IMG/VR virus record: IMGVR_UViG_3300049192_000027 | Span: 1-44,065 of that record | Length of the DNA stretch: 44,065 nt | Source: a virus | Lineage: Duplodnaviria; Caudoviricetes | Direction: 5' to 3' (one strand) | Part shown: positions 18,150 through 26,741 of the stretch, one piece after another | Layout: every line of letters starts with the position of its first letter | Numbering within the stretch: the stretch's first letter is position 1 | Position numbers and translations under genes: made by a program | The notes under the pieces: model-generated | Database searches by the model: none | What the model saw: the letters and a program-made list of their open reading frames with translations, nothing else | What the model was told of the DNA's origin: nothing

Positions 18150-18333
18150 TGAGTTTCTCCACGTTGATCTTTGCGTCGCAGTACCGCAGCGGCCCACGCA
18201 TCACGAGCTGAGGCAAGGCGGGGCCTTCGCCGCGCAGCGTGGCTGCGACGATCTGGCCGGCGTCCGGGTCACGGACGACGGTGTAGCCACCGCCGGTGCC
18301 GGCCATAGCCATGCGATAGGCCCCGCGGTTCAT
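18103..18333 (-). CDS. small protein, RGPL family
   Basis: ATGA coupling; VMRGPL...A...LN shared with neighbours. Confidence 0.65.
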   Translation of the reverse strand: MNRGAYRMAMAGTGGGYTVVRDPDAGQIVAATLRGEGPALPQLVMRGPLRYCDAKINVEKLNAAAEAALLREMEQP

Positions 18334-18572
18334 TGCTCGGCGTCCTGCTTGTTGAGTTGGCGAGCCAGGCTGCGGGCGCGGTCGTGAGACAGCGGACCGC
18401 GCACGTGCTTTGGGCTGGGCACGGTGCCGTTCGTGAGCTCGGCCTTTACCGCGTCAGCAGCGATCGGGCCGCACATAACGGCCCACTTGCTCGCATTCTG
18501 CGTAGAGCGCTGCGCGTAGTAGCGCTCGGGGCGGATGACAGGCTCCGTCGCCCAGCGATCTATCACGCCCAT
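18330..18572 (-). CDS. small protein, RGPL family
   Basis: RYYAQ...W.V...VRGPLSHDRARSLARQLN. Confidence 0.7.
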   Translation of the reverse strand: MGVIDRWATEPVIRPERYYAQRSTQNASKWAVMCGPIAADAVKAELTNGTVPSPKHVRGPLSHDRARSLARQLNKQDAEQ

Positions 18573-19393
18573 GGCATCGACGCCAGGATCTGGTCGGCCG
18601 ACTTCTTGACGGCGTGCCGACGGGTCACCGAGTTGCGCAGTGAGTCGACGGGGACCACGAGGGCCTTCATCTGCTCAGCGATCTTGTCCAGCTCGGGGTC
18701 GCCGTTGATGTTGAGGGCCGGCAGGATGCTGATCAGCTGGCTGGCGTTCTCAATCATCGAATCGAAGATGCGCGGCTTTTCTTTGCTGCACACCTCCTGG
18801 ATCTTCTCAACGACCTCGCGCACGCGGGTCCAGACATGCTTCACGGCTTCGGTCTGCCGGCTCTGCTGCTGACGCGTGATGTCCGCCTTAATCTGCTCGA
18901 CGAAGTCGGCGTTCAGGTTCACGCGGAAGTCCGCGGCGCTCGGCACGGGCGTGAAGTTGATCTTGAAAGAGAACCGCGAGCGGATCTCCTGGGGATAGTC
19001 GGCCGGGTCGTACAGGCCGCCCAGCTGCGCGCGGGCGTCTTGCACCAGCTGCGGGTAGATGCGCACCAGGTCGGCCACGCGCTTGTCGAACTCGCGCTCG
19101 AACGTGGACATCTCGTCGGTGTAGCCCTTGAACAGCGTGGCCGGCAGCAGCCGCTCGCCCAGGTTGCCCCAGGGCAGCGTGACGCTGTAGTGGTGGGCAC
19201 GCGCGGCGCCTTCGATCTGGCCCAGCGGCGCCAACGCGTCGGCAGCGATCAGCAGCTTATTGAAGCGGCCGGCGTCCTTCGCACCGTGAGTGGTGTTCAC
19301 TTCCTTGGTGACCTTGCGGTCGAACTTGCGCGCGGTCCACTGGCTGATCGTCAACGTGACCAGCATGGCGCTGTCTTGAAGAGGAGAGCTCAT
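18563..19393 (-). CDS. DUF3150-like protein associated with AAA/VWA modules
   Basis: SAMLVTLTISQWTARKFD, TLPW, G.RLLP, LYDPADYP; GGAG RBS at MSSPL. Confidence 0.75.
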   Translation of the reverse strand: MSSPLQDSAMLVTLTISQWTARKFDRKVTKEVNTTHGAKDAGRFNKLLIAADALAPLGQIEGAARAHHYSVTLPWGNLGERLLPATLFKGYTDEMSTFEREFDKRVADLVRIYPQLVQDARAQLGGLYDPADYPQEIRSRFSFKINFTPVPSAADFRVNLNADFVEQIKADITRQQQSRQTEAVKHVWTRVREVVEKIQEVCSKEKPRIFDSMIENASQLISILPALNINGDPELDKIAEQMKALVVPVDSLRNSVTRRHAVKKSADQILASMPWA

Positions 19394-19590
19394 CGAAGGT
19401 GCTCCGTTAAGAGGTAAATCTTGAAGACATGAACCGCGTAGATCGCGTCCATGTCGCCTCGGACCGCGTTGTTCTGCGCATCGCGAAAGTCGTCGTAGCC
19501 GAAGCTGTAGCCAGCGCGGCGCTGCGATGCCCAGGCGAATGCTTCGTGCTCGGTCACGCCGTACCATAAGGTTCGGCAGATCCAAGACAT
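19390..19590 (-). CDS. small hypothetical protein ending YLLTEHLR
   Basis: ATGA overlap with downstream gene; start uncertain. Confidence 0.55.
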   Translation of the reverse strand: MSWICRTLWYGVTEHEAFAWASQRRAGYSFGYDDFRDAQNNAVRGDMDAIYAVHVFKIYLLTEHLR

Positions 19591-19618
19591 CCGCGGTCCA
19601 GGCTCCGGCCAGGTCAGC

Positions 19619-20158
19619 TCAGGTGACCACGTCAGCAGCAGCATTGGCTTTGCCCGCCGGCCAGCCCGCAGCTATGAAGTCGGTGACGACGTTGGCCAGC
19701 GCCGGCAGGTTTGAACCCTTGGCCTCTTCGGGCGGCAGGTACTTCTCGAACTCGGGCAACGCGGCGGCCAGCTGCTTGCGCGTGGTGTAGGCAATGACAG
19801 CGCCTTCGAGCTTGTTCTGCAGCTCGTTGCGGAGTGTGTTCTGCGCGGTCCAGGCGTCGTCGATTGCCTTCAGCTCAGCGAACACGGTGGCTCCGACCAC
19901 TGCGATGAACTGCTCTTCCTTGTAAATCCGCTCGACCAGGCCGTAGAAGTCCTCGTTGTAGAGGTTGTGGAAGACGTTCACGCTCCGGGATTGCAAGAAG
20001 TCGCGGTGCGTCTGGTAGCAACGCTGCACAGCCGTCGGCGCAGCGGCAATGATTGCCTCCTGCACCGCGCTGCGCAGCTGGTTGTAGTAGTCGATCTTCG
20101 GCACGTCTTGCATGACCCACTTGACGAAGGTTTCACGGTCGAATTTGGTCAGTCGCAT
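19619..20158 (-). CDS. Nmad5-like (nucleotide-modification-associated domain 5) protein
   Basis: MRLTK..RETFV..VMQDVP.IDY and TTRKQLAAALPEFEKYLP...NLPA.ANVV..F..AGWP. Confidence 0.7.
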   Translation of the reverse strand: MRLTKFDRETFVKWVMQDVPKIDYYNQLRSAVQEAIIAAAPTAVQRCYQTHRDFLQSRSVNVFHNLYNEDFYGLVERIYKEEQFIAVVGATVFAELKAIDDAWTAQNTLRNELQNKLEGAVIAYTTRKQLAAALPEFEKYLPPEEAKGSNLPALANVVTDFIAAGWPAGKANAAADVVT

Positions 20159-20160
20159 GT

Positions 20161-21198
20161 TCAGCTCCCTTTGATCACGTCCTGGTGCTTCAGCGCCCAC
20201 TTCGTGTATTCCTTCGTGGTGTCGATGGGCACGGCGCGAGCGGTCAACAGGTCGCGCACGTAGACAACCTGGAACTCGACGCTCATGCGCTCCATGTACT
20301 GCATGAAGGTGCGGAAATCGCTGACGTCTTTCGTGCCGACGCTGAGCATCGTGGTCACGGCGTACTGCGCGCCAGGCGACTCGGGCACGGCTGCCTTCAT
20401 CGGGTCCATGGCGATGTGGTCGGCACTGGGCAGCTGACTGGCCATGTCGATGAAGGCCAGGTACTCAGCCGCAGCGGCCTCGCCGACGGTGCCCTTGAGC
20501 AGCTCCAGCTTGGCGCCCTTGTCGATGGGCATCTTCTGGATGTCGTCAGCGAATTCCCAGGTGCGCGGCGACGGAAAGGCCGTCTCCTTCGAATCCGGTT
20601 GGAAGCTGTGCAGCATCGTCGGACGGAAGCGCAGGTAAGCGATCGTCTCGGCGCCGATGTCGTTCTCGATCGCCCAGGCGCTGAAGTCGTCGACCGAGGT
20701 TTCGAAGTCGACATGCACCATGCGGTTGGCCAGCGCGGCAGGCATCTTGTTCACGATCGAGCGGTCGATCTCGCGGTTGCCGGCGGCGACGATGGCCCAG
20801 CCCTCGGGCAGGATGTACTCGCCCACCTTGCGATCCAGCATGAGCTGGTAACAGGCGGCCTGCACGGCGACAGAGCCGGAGGTCAGTTCGTCGAGGAAGA
20901 GGATGCCCTTCGAATCGTTGGGCACCTGCTTGTTGCCCTTCTTGACCGTCATCGGCGGCAGAAAGCTGGGCGTGAGCCAGTGCATCGTGCCGTCGACCAC
21001 GTTCGGTGCCGGGAAGCCCTTGATGTCCGTCGGGTCCATCTGGCTCGCGCGGATGGTGTCGCGCACCTCGACGCCCAGCTTGGCGCCGAGCGCATGAATG
21101 ACGGAGCTCTTGCCCACGCCGACAGCGCCCTTGAGGAAGACGGAGCGCTTGGCGGCGAAGATGTGGGGGAACGTGGAGACGATGGTGCTGGGGGTCAT
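20161..21198 (-). CDS. MoxR-like AAA+ ATPase
   Basis: Walker A GAVGVGKS, DPTDIKG, Walker B ILFLDE, sensor AAGN, ALANR, SPRTW. Confidence 0.92.
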   Translation of the reverse strand: MTPSTIVSTFPHIFAAKRSVFLKGAVGVGKSSVIHALGAKLGVEVRDTIRASQMDPTDIKGFPAPNVVDGTMHWLTPSFLPPMTVKKGNKQVPNDSKGILFLDELTSGSVAVQAACYQLMLDRKVGEYILPEGWAIVAAGNREIDRSIVNKMPAALANRMVHVDFETSVDDFSAWAIENDIGAETIAYLRFRPTMLHSFQPDSKETAFPSPRTWEFADDIQKMPIDKGAKLELLKGTVGEAAAAEYLAFIDMASQLPSADHIAMDPMKAAVPESPGAQYAVTTMLSVGTKDVSDFRTFMQYMERMSVEFQVVYVRDLLTARAVPIDTTKEYTKWALKHQDVIKGS

Positions 21199-21200
21199 GG

Positions 21201-21554
21201 TCAGTGGTCCTTGTTAGTTAGGGATTGGGTGACTGCGTGTGTGGCTTTGAGGTCGGCGACGGCTTGCCTCGACCACTCGTACTCCTGCAGCCAGGGCTCA
21301 AGGAGCGGGCGGCACTTGAGCGCATCGAGGTAGGTGCGAGTGGGGGCGTAGTACTCGCCCTCGACCCGCTTGCCGTCAGAGTCGAGGGCGGCGTCGAACT
21401 GGAAGTCCGAATAGCCGCCCGTTCCCATCGACAGGCAGATGTAGAGCAGCGAGCCGCGGATCTGCTCGTCGTCCTTCGCTTCGCCGTCGAACGCGGTGTC
21501 GCCGATCTCGCTTATGAAGATCTGGTAGATCTCCAGGTCGAACTCGGCGCTCAT
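21201..21554 (-). CDS. acidic hypothetical protein
   Basis: 117-aa coupled ORF. Confidence 0.65.
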   Translation of the reverse strand: MSAEFDLEIYQIFISEIGDTAFDGEAKDDEQIRGSLLYICLSMGTGGYSDFQFDAALDSDGKRVEGEYYAPTRTYLDALKCRPLLEPWLQEYEWSRQAVADLKATHAVTQSLTNKDH

Positions 21555-21829
21555 GGCTCGGAGACGCCTTCGGCGACGGCGAGCTTGACCAGCTCTTCCC
21601 AGTTCATCGTCCAGGTCTTGCCTGTCGTTTCGTTCTTGACGGCTGGGATGATCCCGTTGACCAGGCTCATCTCGAACTGCGTGCCGTCTGGTCCCTTGGC
21701 CGTGCCAATGAACTTGCGCAACAGCAGCGCGTTCGGTGGGTGGATCGTGCTCATGTCGAGCTCCAAGAAATGCTCGGGTGGCTCTGAGGCCGGTGTGGAC
21801 ACCTCGGGCTGCACAAGCCCTACCGCCAC
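21551..21829 (-). CDS. hypothetical protein
   Basis: Coupled ORF; start uncertain. Confidence 0.6.
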   Translation of the reverse strand: MAVGLVQPEVSTPASEPPEHFLELDMSTIHPPNALLLRKFIGTAKGPDGTQFEMSLVNGIIPAVKNETTGKTWTMNWEELVKLAVAEGVSEP

Positions 21830-21949
21830 TCCGTTTCCGTCTGCCCTACAACCCAGTCGCCGGCGTGCTTACCTTTGACAGCGTTGGAGGACTCCGTCGC
21901 CCTTCCCCCAGGCTCTGCTCCTACCGCAGAGCCACCCTTGCTCGGTTGA

Positions 21950-22132
21950 TCAGATGCCAGGCGTGCGGCCGGCAAGGCGGGCAACGAGCGCTTGGCGCTC
22001 GACCTCCTTGCGTGCCACGTAGGCGTCGTAATCAGCTTGGTCTTGGCCCTTGGGCTTGGCCGTGATGCTGAAGCGTTCGAAGGCACGCGCTCGGCGGGCC
22101 TGGTGCTTCTGAGAGAGGGGTGCCTTCTTCAT
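21950..22132 (-). CDS. small basic hypothetical protein
   Basis: GGAG upstream; 60 aa. Confidence 0.55.
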   Translation of the reverse strand: MKKAPLSQKHQARRARAFERFSITAKPKGQDQADYDAYVARKEVERQALVARLAGRTPGI

Positions 22133-22155
22133 GGTCCGGTGGACTCCAAAGGGTT

Positions 22156-22389
22156 TCAGATCGGTGTGCGATCTATCTTAGATGAAAGTTCGAGCGTGAC
22201 CGCACGAACGGCGAGAAATTCTTCCGCTTGTTGCGGATGGGCGTCGGCGAACTCGGCCCAGAGCTCGGCAAAGGTACGGAGCGTGTTGGCGCCCGTGGAC
22301 GCTGCGTGCGTCATAACTTGCACGTCCGCTTGCTCGTACCAACTGTTCAGCCACTTACGAGCCTGCTCGACCGTTTCGAGGTTGGTCAT
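22156..22389 (-). CDS. small protein, LWxxFxxAHP family, RAVTLELS motif
   Basis: Paralogy with neighbours; ATGA coupling. Confidence 0.75.
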   Translation of the reverse strand: MTNLETVEQARKWLNSWYEQADVQVMTHAASTGANTLRTFAELWAEFADAHPQQAEEFLAVRAVTLELSSKIDRTPI

Positions 22390-22610
22390 CCCTTACCCCT
22401 CAGCTCAACTGACACGTCAACGCCGGCACGGAACTCCGTAGCGACCTCGGGATGCGCGAGCTCGAAGCGGCGCCACAACCAGGCGTGGTCGGCGATGACC
22501 TTCATCGCTTCGCGCTCGGCCGGCGTGGGCGTCCACCCAGCGACGACGAACTCCTGTTCGCGGTTGTTGGCGATTTGGATCGCGGCTTCGAGGGAGAGGG
22601 TCATGGCCAT
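22386..22610 (-). CDS. small protein, LWxxFxxAHP family, VDVSVELRG motif
   Basis: Paralogy with neighbours. Confidence 0.75.
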   Translation of the reverse strand: MAMTLSLEAAIQIANNREQEFVVAGWTPTPAEREAMKVIADHAWLWRRFELAHPEVATEFRAGVDVSVELRGKG

Positions 22611-22885
22611 GGTCCGCTCAAAGACTTGATGGTCAGCAGTTCCTTCGTCACCTTGGCTACCTTGCGCTGCTGCATGCGTGCGCGCATCTCTGTGCGCAGC
22701 TTGTCCAGCTGCTTGTCGAGGTACGGCTTCTGCGTGCGCTCATACCCGTAGGCTTTGTCGCCATACACCCGGCGCGCGCCGTAGTGACCGAACTGGCACT
22801 CGGGGCAGCTGTCGTCGTCAGTGTCCTCGCGTCGGAAGATGAATTCACATGACGCGCACACGCGCAGGTTGGCGAGTTGGCTCAT
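22601..22885 (-). CDS. zinc-ribbon protein with AKVTKELL motif
   Basis: CASC...CPEC; ATGA coupling. Confidence 0.75.
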   Translation of the reverse strand: MSQLANLRVCASCEFIFRREDTDDDSCPECQFGHYGARRVYGDKAYGYERTQKPYLDKQLDKLRTEMRARMQQRKVAKVTKELLTIKSLSGPWP

Positions 22886-23130
22886 TTCTTCCTCAGCTCC
22901 TTGGTGACCTTGGCGACAGCCACGCGCTCTTCGAACTGCGTGGCGACCTCGGGCTCAGCTGCGACGAACATCGTCCAGAGATTGGCGAACTCACGGAGAC
23001 GCTCGAACGCCAGCAGCTCCAGCTCGCTGTACGGGTGGGTGCTCGGCATCAGTGCCTTGACGGCGACGTTGAACGTACTGCGGTTGCCGGCTCCTGATTT
23101 CAGGAAGCGCAGCATGTCGGTGTTGGTCAT
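22882..23130 (-). CDS. small protein, LWxxFxxAxP family, ending AKVTKELRKK
   Basis: Start taken at MTNTDML; paralogy with neighbours. Confidence 0.7.
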   Translation of the reverse strand: MTNTDMLRFLKSGAGNRSTFNVAVKALMPSTHPYSELELLAFERLREFANLWTMFVAAEPEVATQFEERVAVAKVTKELRKK

Positions 23131-23185
23131 GGCCGCCACACGTCGTGCGAGAGGATCAGCTTGCGGGAGTAGTTTTCGACCAGAC

Positions 23186-23599
23186 TCATCGCGCACCTTC
23201 GATCGCTTGCTTGTTCGCAGCCAGCAGGGCGAGGCTGTGCTGCTCGGCGGCTTCGCGGGTGGGGTGGACGAGGCCGTTACCGAGCCGAGCCAGATCAACC
23301 ACGGTGGCCACCCAGGTATCACCCAGAAGACCACCGAGGATGTTTGGAACGAAATAGTCCGAACCAGCTCGTGGCGCTGCCTTCAGCGGTTCAGGGAACT
23401 CCACACCGGCCAGGCTGCACATCTTGCGCGGAGGCTGGGTGGGCTTGGGGCCGAGAGCGTAGTGCAGATGGTCGTACCAGACAGGCACCGGGTCCGTCAC
23501 GAGGTCCCATTGGCCGTCGTACTCCCAGACATCCTGGCTCGGGTCGTCCGCCCAGGCTTTGATCAGGGCGGCGTGCTTGTGGGGCGTGGGTGTGGTCAT
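23186..23599 (-). CDS. conserved phage protein (PHKHAALIKAWAD family)
   Basis: Recognisable N-terminal motif; ATGA coupling. Confidence 0.75.
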   Translation of the reverse strand: MTTPTPHKHAALIKAWADDPSQDVWEYDGQWDLVTDPVPVWYDHLHYALGPKPTQPPRKMCSLAGVEFPEPLKAAPRAGSDYFVPNILGGLLGDTWVATVVDLARLGNGLVHPTREAAEQHSLALLAANKQAIEGAR

Positions 23600-23910
23600 G
23601 GCTTCGATTCCTCGTACAGGCGCTCGCGTTGTTTCGTCTTCAGCACGCACTGGCAGCGGCAGCACTCCACGAAGTTGTGGACGTTGTGCCGGTCGACGTA
23701 GAGCTGCTTGCCCTGCATGTCGGGCCGTACGACGCCGCGGTGAAAGCGAATGACGCGTACGACGCTATGACGACAGAGGCGCTGAATCGTGCTCTGCACG
23801 ATCACCACGACTAGCAAGGTGATGACCGACAGAACGAGGATGGCGACAGCGGTGAACATTCCCGTACCGAGCCAGGCCACGAGCCAAGCCACGAAGTCGT
23901 AGTGATTCAT
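23596..23910 (-). CDS. membrane-anchored protein with C-terminal CxxC
   Basis: Long hydrophobic N-terminus; H...CCRC. Confidence 0.65.
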   Translation of the reverse strand: MNHYDFVAWLVAWLGTGMFTAVAILVLSVITLLVVVIVQSTIQRLCRHSVVRVIRFHRGVVRPDMQGKQLYVDRHNVHNFVECCRCQCVLKTKQRERLYEESKP

Positions 23911-24014
23911 GCCGACCTCTGCAGCACGGCGGTCAAGGCCAAAAGGACGCCGAAGCCGACACCTGCGCTCAACGCAGCGGCGACGAACCAGATCACTTTG
24001 ATGAAGGTCTTCAT
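23907..24014 (-). CDS. 35-aa single-TM protein (not in ORF track)
   Basis: AGGA RBS; MKTFIKVIWFVAAALSAGVGFGVLLALTAVLQRSA; ATGA coupling. Confidence 0.6.
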   Translation of the reverse strand: MKTFIKVIWFVAAALSAGVGFGVLLALTAVLQRSA

Positions 24015-24022
24015 GTCGTGTC

Positions 24023-24178
24023 CTATCTGCGGATGACGTGCGAGAAGCTGCGCACCTGCGTGCAGTGGATGCAGCGGTAGGTGCGCGTGATCCGGGTGGC
24101 TCCGGGAAGTGGGCGTTCGGTGAGACCGATCAGCACCGGCTTATGGCGGCAAAGCAGCCGCTTGATCAGTTGGAGCAC
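24023..24178 (-). CDS. small CxH...CxxC protein (DUF1660-like)
   Basis: IKRLLCRHK...YRCIHC; AAGGA RBS, GTG start. Confidence 0.6.
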   Translation of the reverse strand: MLQLIKRLLCRHKPVLIGLTERPLPGATRITRTYRCIHCTQVRSFSHVIRR

Positions 24179-24375
24179 GTCTCGTCCTTGAGCTGCTTGA
24201 CGAACGCTGCAGCTACGGTTGGATGGGCTTCGGTGAATGCGTCCCAGAGCGCAGCGCTGCGTTCGAGATAGGCCTGGGCCTCGATCTCGACCTTCGACGG
24301 CGGGAACGCACGGGCTACGCACTTAGTGTGGCGCCGGCGTGTGAGCAGCAGTGCCTTGTCGAGAACGTAGCTCAT
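24166..24375 (-). CDS. small protein, LWxxFxxAHP family
   Basis: LWDAFTEAHPTVAAAF; ATGA overlap with primase stop. Confidence 0.7.
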   Translation of the reverse strand: MSYVLDKALLLTRRRHTKCVARAFPPSKVEIEAQAYLERSAALWDAFTEAHPTVAAAFVKQLKDETCSN

Positions 24376-26741
24376 GCCACCGCCTTGAGCTTCTTCGGCT
24401 TGGCCACCGGTGCGGCGTTCGGATTCACCTCGCGGCCGTACTCGGTCCATTGGTCGACGTCTTGGAACATCGCCTTGATACCATTGACCGTTTTACCGTC
24501 AAGCCACACCTTGGTGATGTGGAGGCGGTGGTGTTTCAGCAGGCTGGTGAACTTGTTCGGGGTGGTCGGCATCCCGCCGACTGCGAACTCGAACAGCACC
24601 AGCAGCTCGTCGCGGTGGATGGTGCACGCGCCAGTGTTGCGGTCCGTGCGCGCCATGATGTTCTTCAACGCCGAGCGGTAGTTCTCGACCTTGTTGAAGG
24701 CGTCAGCCTTCGCCTTGTACTCGGTGCCTGTGGGCAGCTGGTCGACGAAGAACCCGAAGTTGCCGGTGAGCAGTGCGTTGCCGACGGTGTCGACGCTGGA
24801 CTCACTGATGTTGATCATCGTCGTGCGGTCCTCGGTCTCCAGCGGTGTCATCGCTGCCTTGACGTCGACCTTGTACGAGGCCAGGTAGTCGTGGAACGCT
24901 TGGAGCTCTTTGTCGAGGGAGGCCAGCTCCTTGTCCGTGATCACCAGCTTGTCAGGCTGGTACTTGCCGACGTTGAAGCGCCTGTCGTGCTTGTCGATGC
25001 TGACTGGGTCCGGCATGTTCGACATGAAGATGAAGTTGCTGTAACTGCGGCACTCGTGGCCGCCGTGGTACATCTCGCGGATGACCACGTTCATCTCGGT
25101 GATGAAATTCTTCAGCTTGGCCATGACACCGCGTTCGTTCTGCAGGGCCTTGGTCTGGACCTCATCGATGAAGCACAGCAGCGCTGTTTTCATCCAGTGG
25201 TTGTAAGGCTCGTTGAGTTCCTCCATCCGGCGCGTGGCGGTTTGGGCCGGTCCGAAGATCGGGCGCAGGATGTTGTGGGTGAGGATGCCTTTGCCTGTTC
25301 CGGGGACACCATGCAAGATCCACGCGGTCTTCGCCTTATCGCGTGTCTGCAGGATGTAGGCGAGCCAGTTGAGGAAATGCTCGACCGTCTCCTTTTCCCC
25401 GCCGAGGGCGTGCGTGACGACCTTGCTGATCGTGGGTGGGATCTTCGTGATCTTGGCCTGCGCGGCCAGCATGAACTCCGTGGGGGCGAAGTAGTTGACC
25501 GTGCGGTTGACGGGGTCGACGCGGACGTTGTCGTGCGGATCGAAGGTCAAGTCCCATTCGGGGATGAACTCGCCAATAGGCATGCCGTACTGCTTGGCGA
25601 AGTGTCGGACCTGGGTCTCGTTCTTCGCGGGGTACAGCTCCAGCTCGTCGGTGTTCTGGTTGTAGGTACCTCGCCAATAGCCGCCTGTCTTGCGGTCGCA
25701 GAAGGCCAGGTAGAGATCGCCTGAGCTTGTGAGCTTGGGTGCGCTGCACAGCTCAGCCCAGTAGTCGGGCAACAGCTCCTTGGTGAGGTAGGCGCTCTCG
25801 CCCTTGAAGCTGTAGATGTAGTCCGGGTTGTTCTCGGGGTGGTAGTAAGCCCACGAGTCACCGCCGTTGAGGTTGAAATAGACGAAGCCTCGTTCGACCT
25901 TGGACTCGGTGACGGTGCAACTGTCCGGCTTCACCATCACCTCGGTGGTGCCGTGCATCTTGTACGTGATCTTGCGCTTGGGGAGACCAGCTGCGTCGCG
26001 CAGGATCTCGATGCGCTTGGTGGTGAGGACGCGGTTGCGGTCCGTGCTGTTGATCTGGTCGGAGAGCGACAGCGTGTCCTTCTTCTTCTTGACCAGCGCA
26101 ATGCGCTTGGTACGGGGCAGCGGATCTTTGATGCCGCTGAGCTTCGGCGGTGCGATGTAGATCAGCTTGTCGTTCTGGCAGGCGCTGACGTCGAGTGGCC
26201 AGGAGATGGCATTGCCGGTCTTCGTGAGGTGCATGCTGTTGGTAAGCAGCGGCACTTCGTGGTTCTTCTGGATCAGCCACTGTTTGAGCAACGGTGCCGC
26301 GTACGGACGATCGAGCAGCATGAAGATGTGGCAGCGCAGATCGTTGTTCGTGATGCCGTAGCTCGCAGACCACTGGACGATGTAGCTGATGTCGTCGAGG
26401 CCGAGGTCTTCGAGGAAGGAGGTCAGGCCCTTGGGGCCGGTGGCCGAGATAGGCAGTCCGTCGAGGTCGAGGACCAGGAGCTGCGTGTCGCTGCCGGTTT
26501 GTGTGCTGCCGGCACGGGACTCTTTGACCAGGGGGCGCTGCAACGAACCTTTGAGCATGCAACGACCAAGGGCGGCGTGCTTCTTCAGTGTGACTTCGAG
26601 ATCAGCGAGCGTCTTGATGTCTTCGTCGTGGCTCGTGAACTCCCAAACGAAGGGGTACGGAGTCTTGGTCAGGTTGCCTTTTGCGTCTGACGAAAATTGC
26701 TTCGTGAGTGGAGTCGACGCTTCGAGGAAGTGAACTTTCAT
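24372..26741 (-). CDS. primase-helicase (prim-pol N-terminus, D5/DUF5906-like SF3 NTPase)
   Basis: LDLDG and RCHIF prim-pol motifs; Walker A GVPGTGKG, Walker B FIDE, FMSN, DRRF; GGAG RBS at MKVHF. Confidence 0.88.
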   Translation of the reverse strand: MKVHFLEASTPLTKQFSSDAKGNLTKTPYPFVWEFTSHDEDIKTLADLEVTLKKHAALGRCMLKGSLQRPLVKESRAGSTQTGSDTQLLVLDLDGLPISATGPKGLTSFLEDLGLDDISYIVQWSASYGITNNDLRCHIFMLLDRPYAAPLLKQWLIQKNHEVPLLTNSMHLTKTGNAISWPLDVSACQNDKLIYIAPPKLSGIKDPLPRTKRIALVKKKKDTLSLSDQINSTDRNRVLTTKRIEILRDAAGLPKRKITYKMHGTTEVMVKPDSCTVTESKVERGFVYFNLNGGDSWAYYHPENNPDYIYSFKGESAYLTKELLPDYWAELCSAPKLTSSGDLYLAFCDRKTGGYWRGTYNQNTDELELYPAKNETQVRHFAKQYGMPIGEFIPEWDLTFDPHDNVRVDPVNRTVNYFAPTEFMLAAQAKITKIPPTISKVVTHALGGEKETVEHFLNWLAYILQTRDKAKTAWILHGVPGTGKGILTHNILRPIFGPAQTATRRMEELNEPYNHWMKTALLCFIDEVQTKALQNERGVMAKLKNFITEMNVVIREMYHGGHECRSYSNFIFMSNMPDPVSIDKHDRRFNVGKYQPDKLVITDKELASLDKELQAFHDYLASYKVDVKAAMTPLETEDRTTMINISESSVDTVGNALLTGNFGFFVDQLPTGTEYKAKADAFNKVENYRSALKNIMARTDRNTGACTIHRDELLVLFEFAVGGMPTTPNKFTSLLKHHRLHITKVWLDGKTVNGIKAMFQDVDQWTEYGREVNPNAAPVAKPKKLKAVA

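Noticed and set aside
6036-20158. DNA hypermodification pathway suggested by the Nmad5-like and DUF6378-like genes
   Set aside because: No modifying enzymes (thymidylate synthase-like, Que/PurZ, glycosyltransferase, methylase) recognisable in the window
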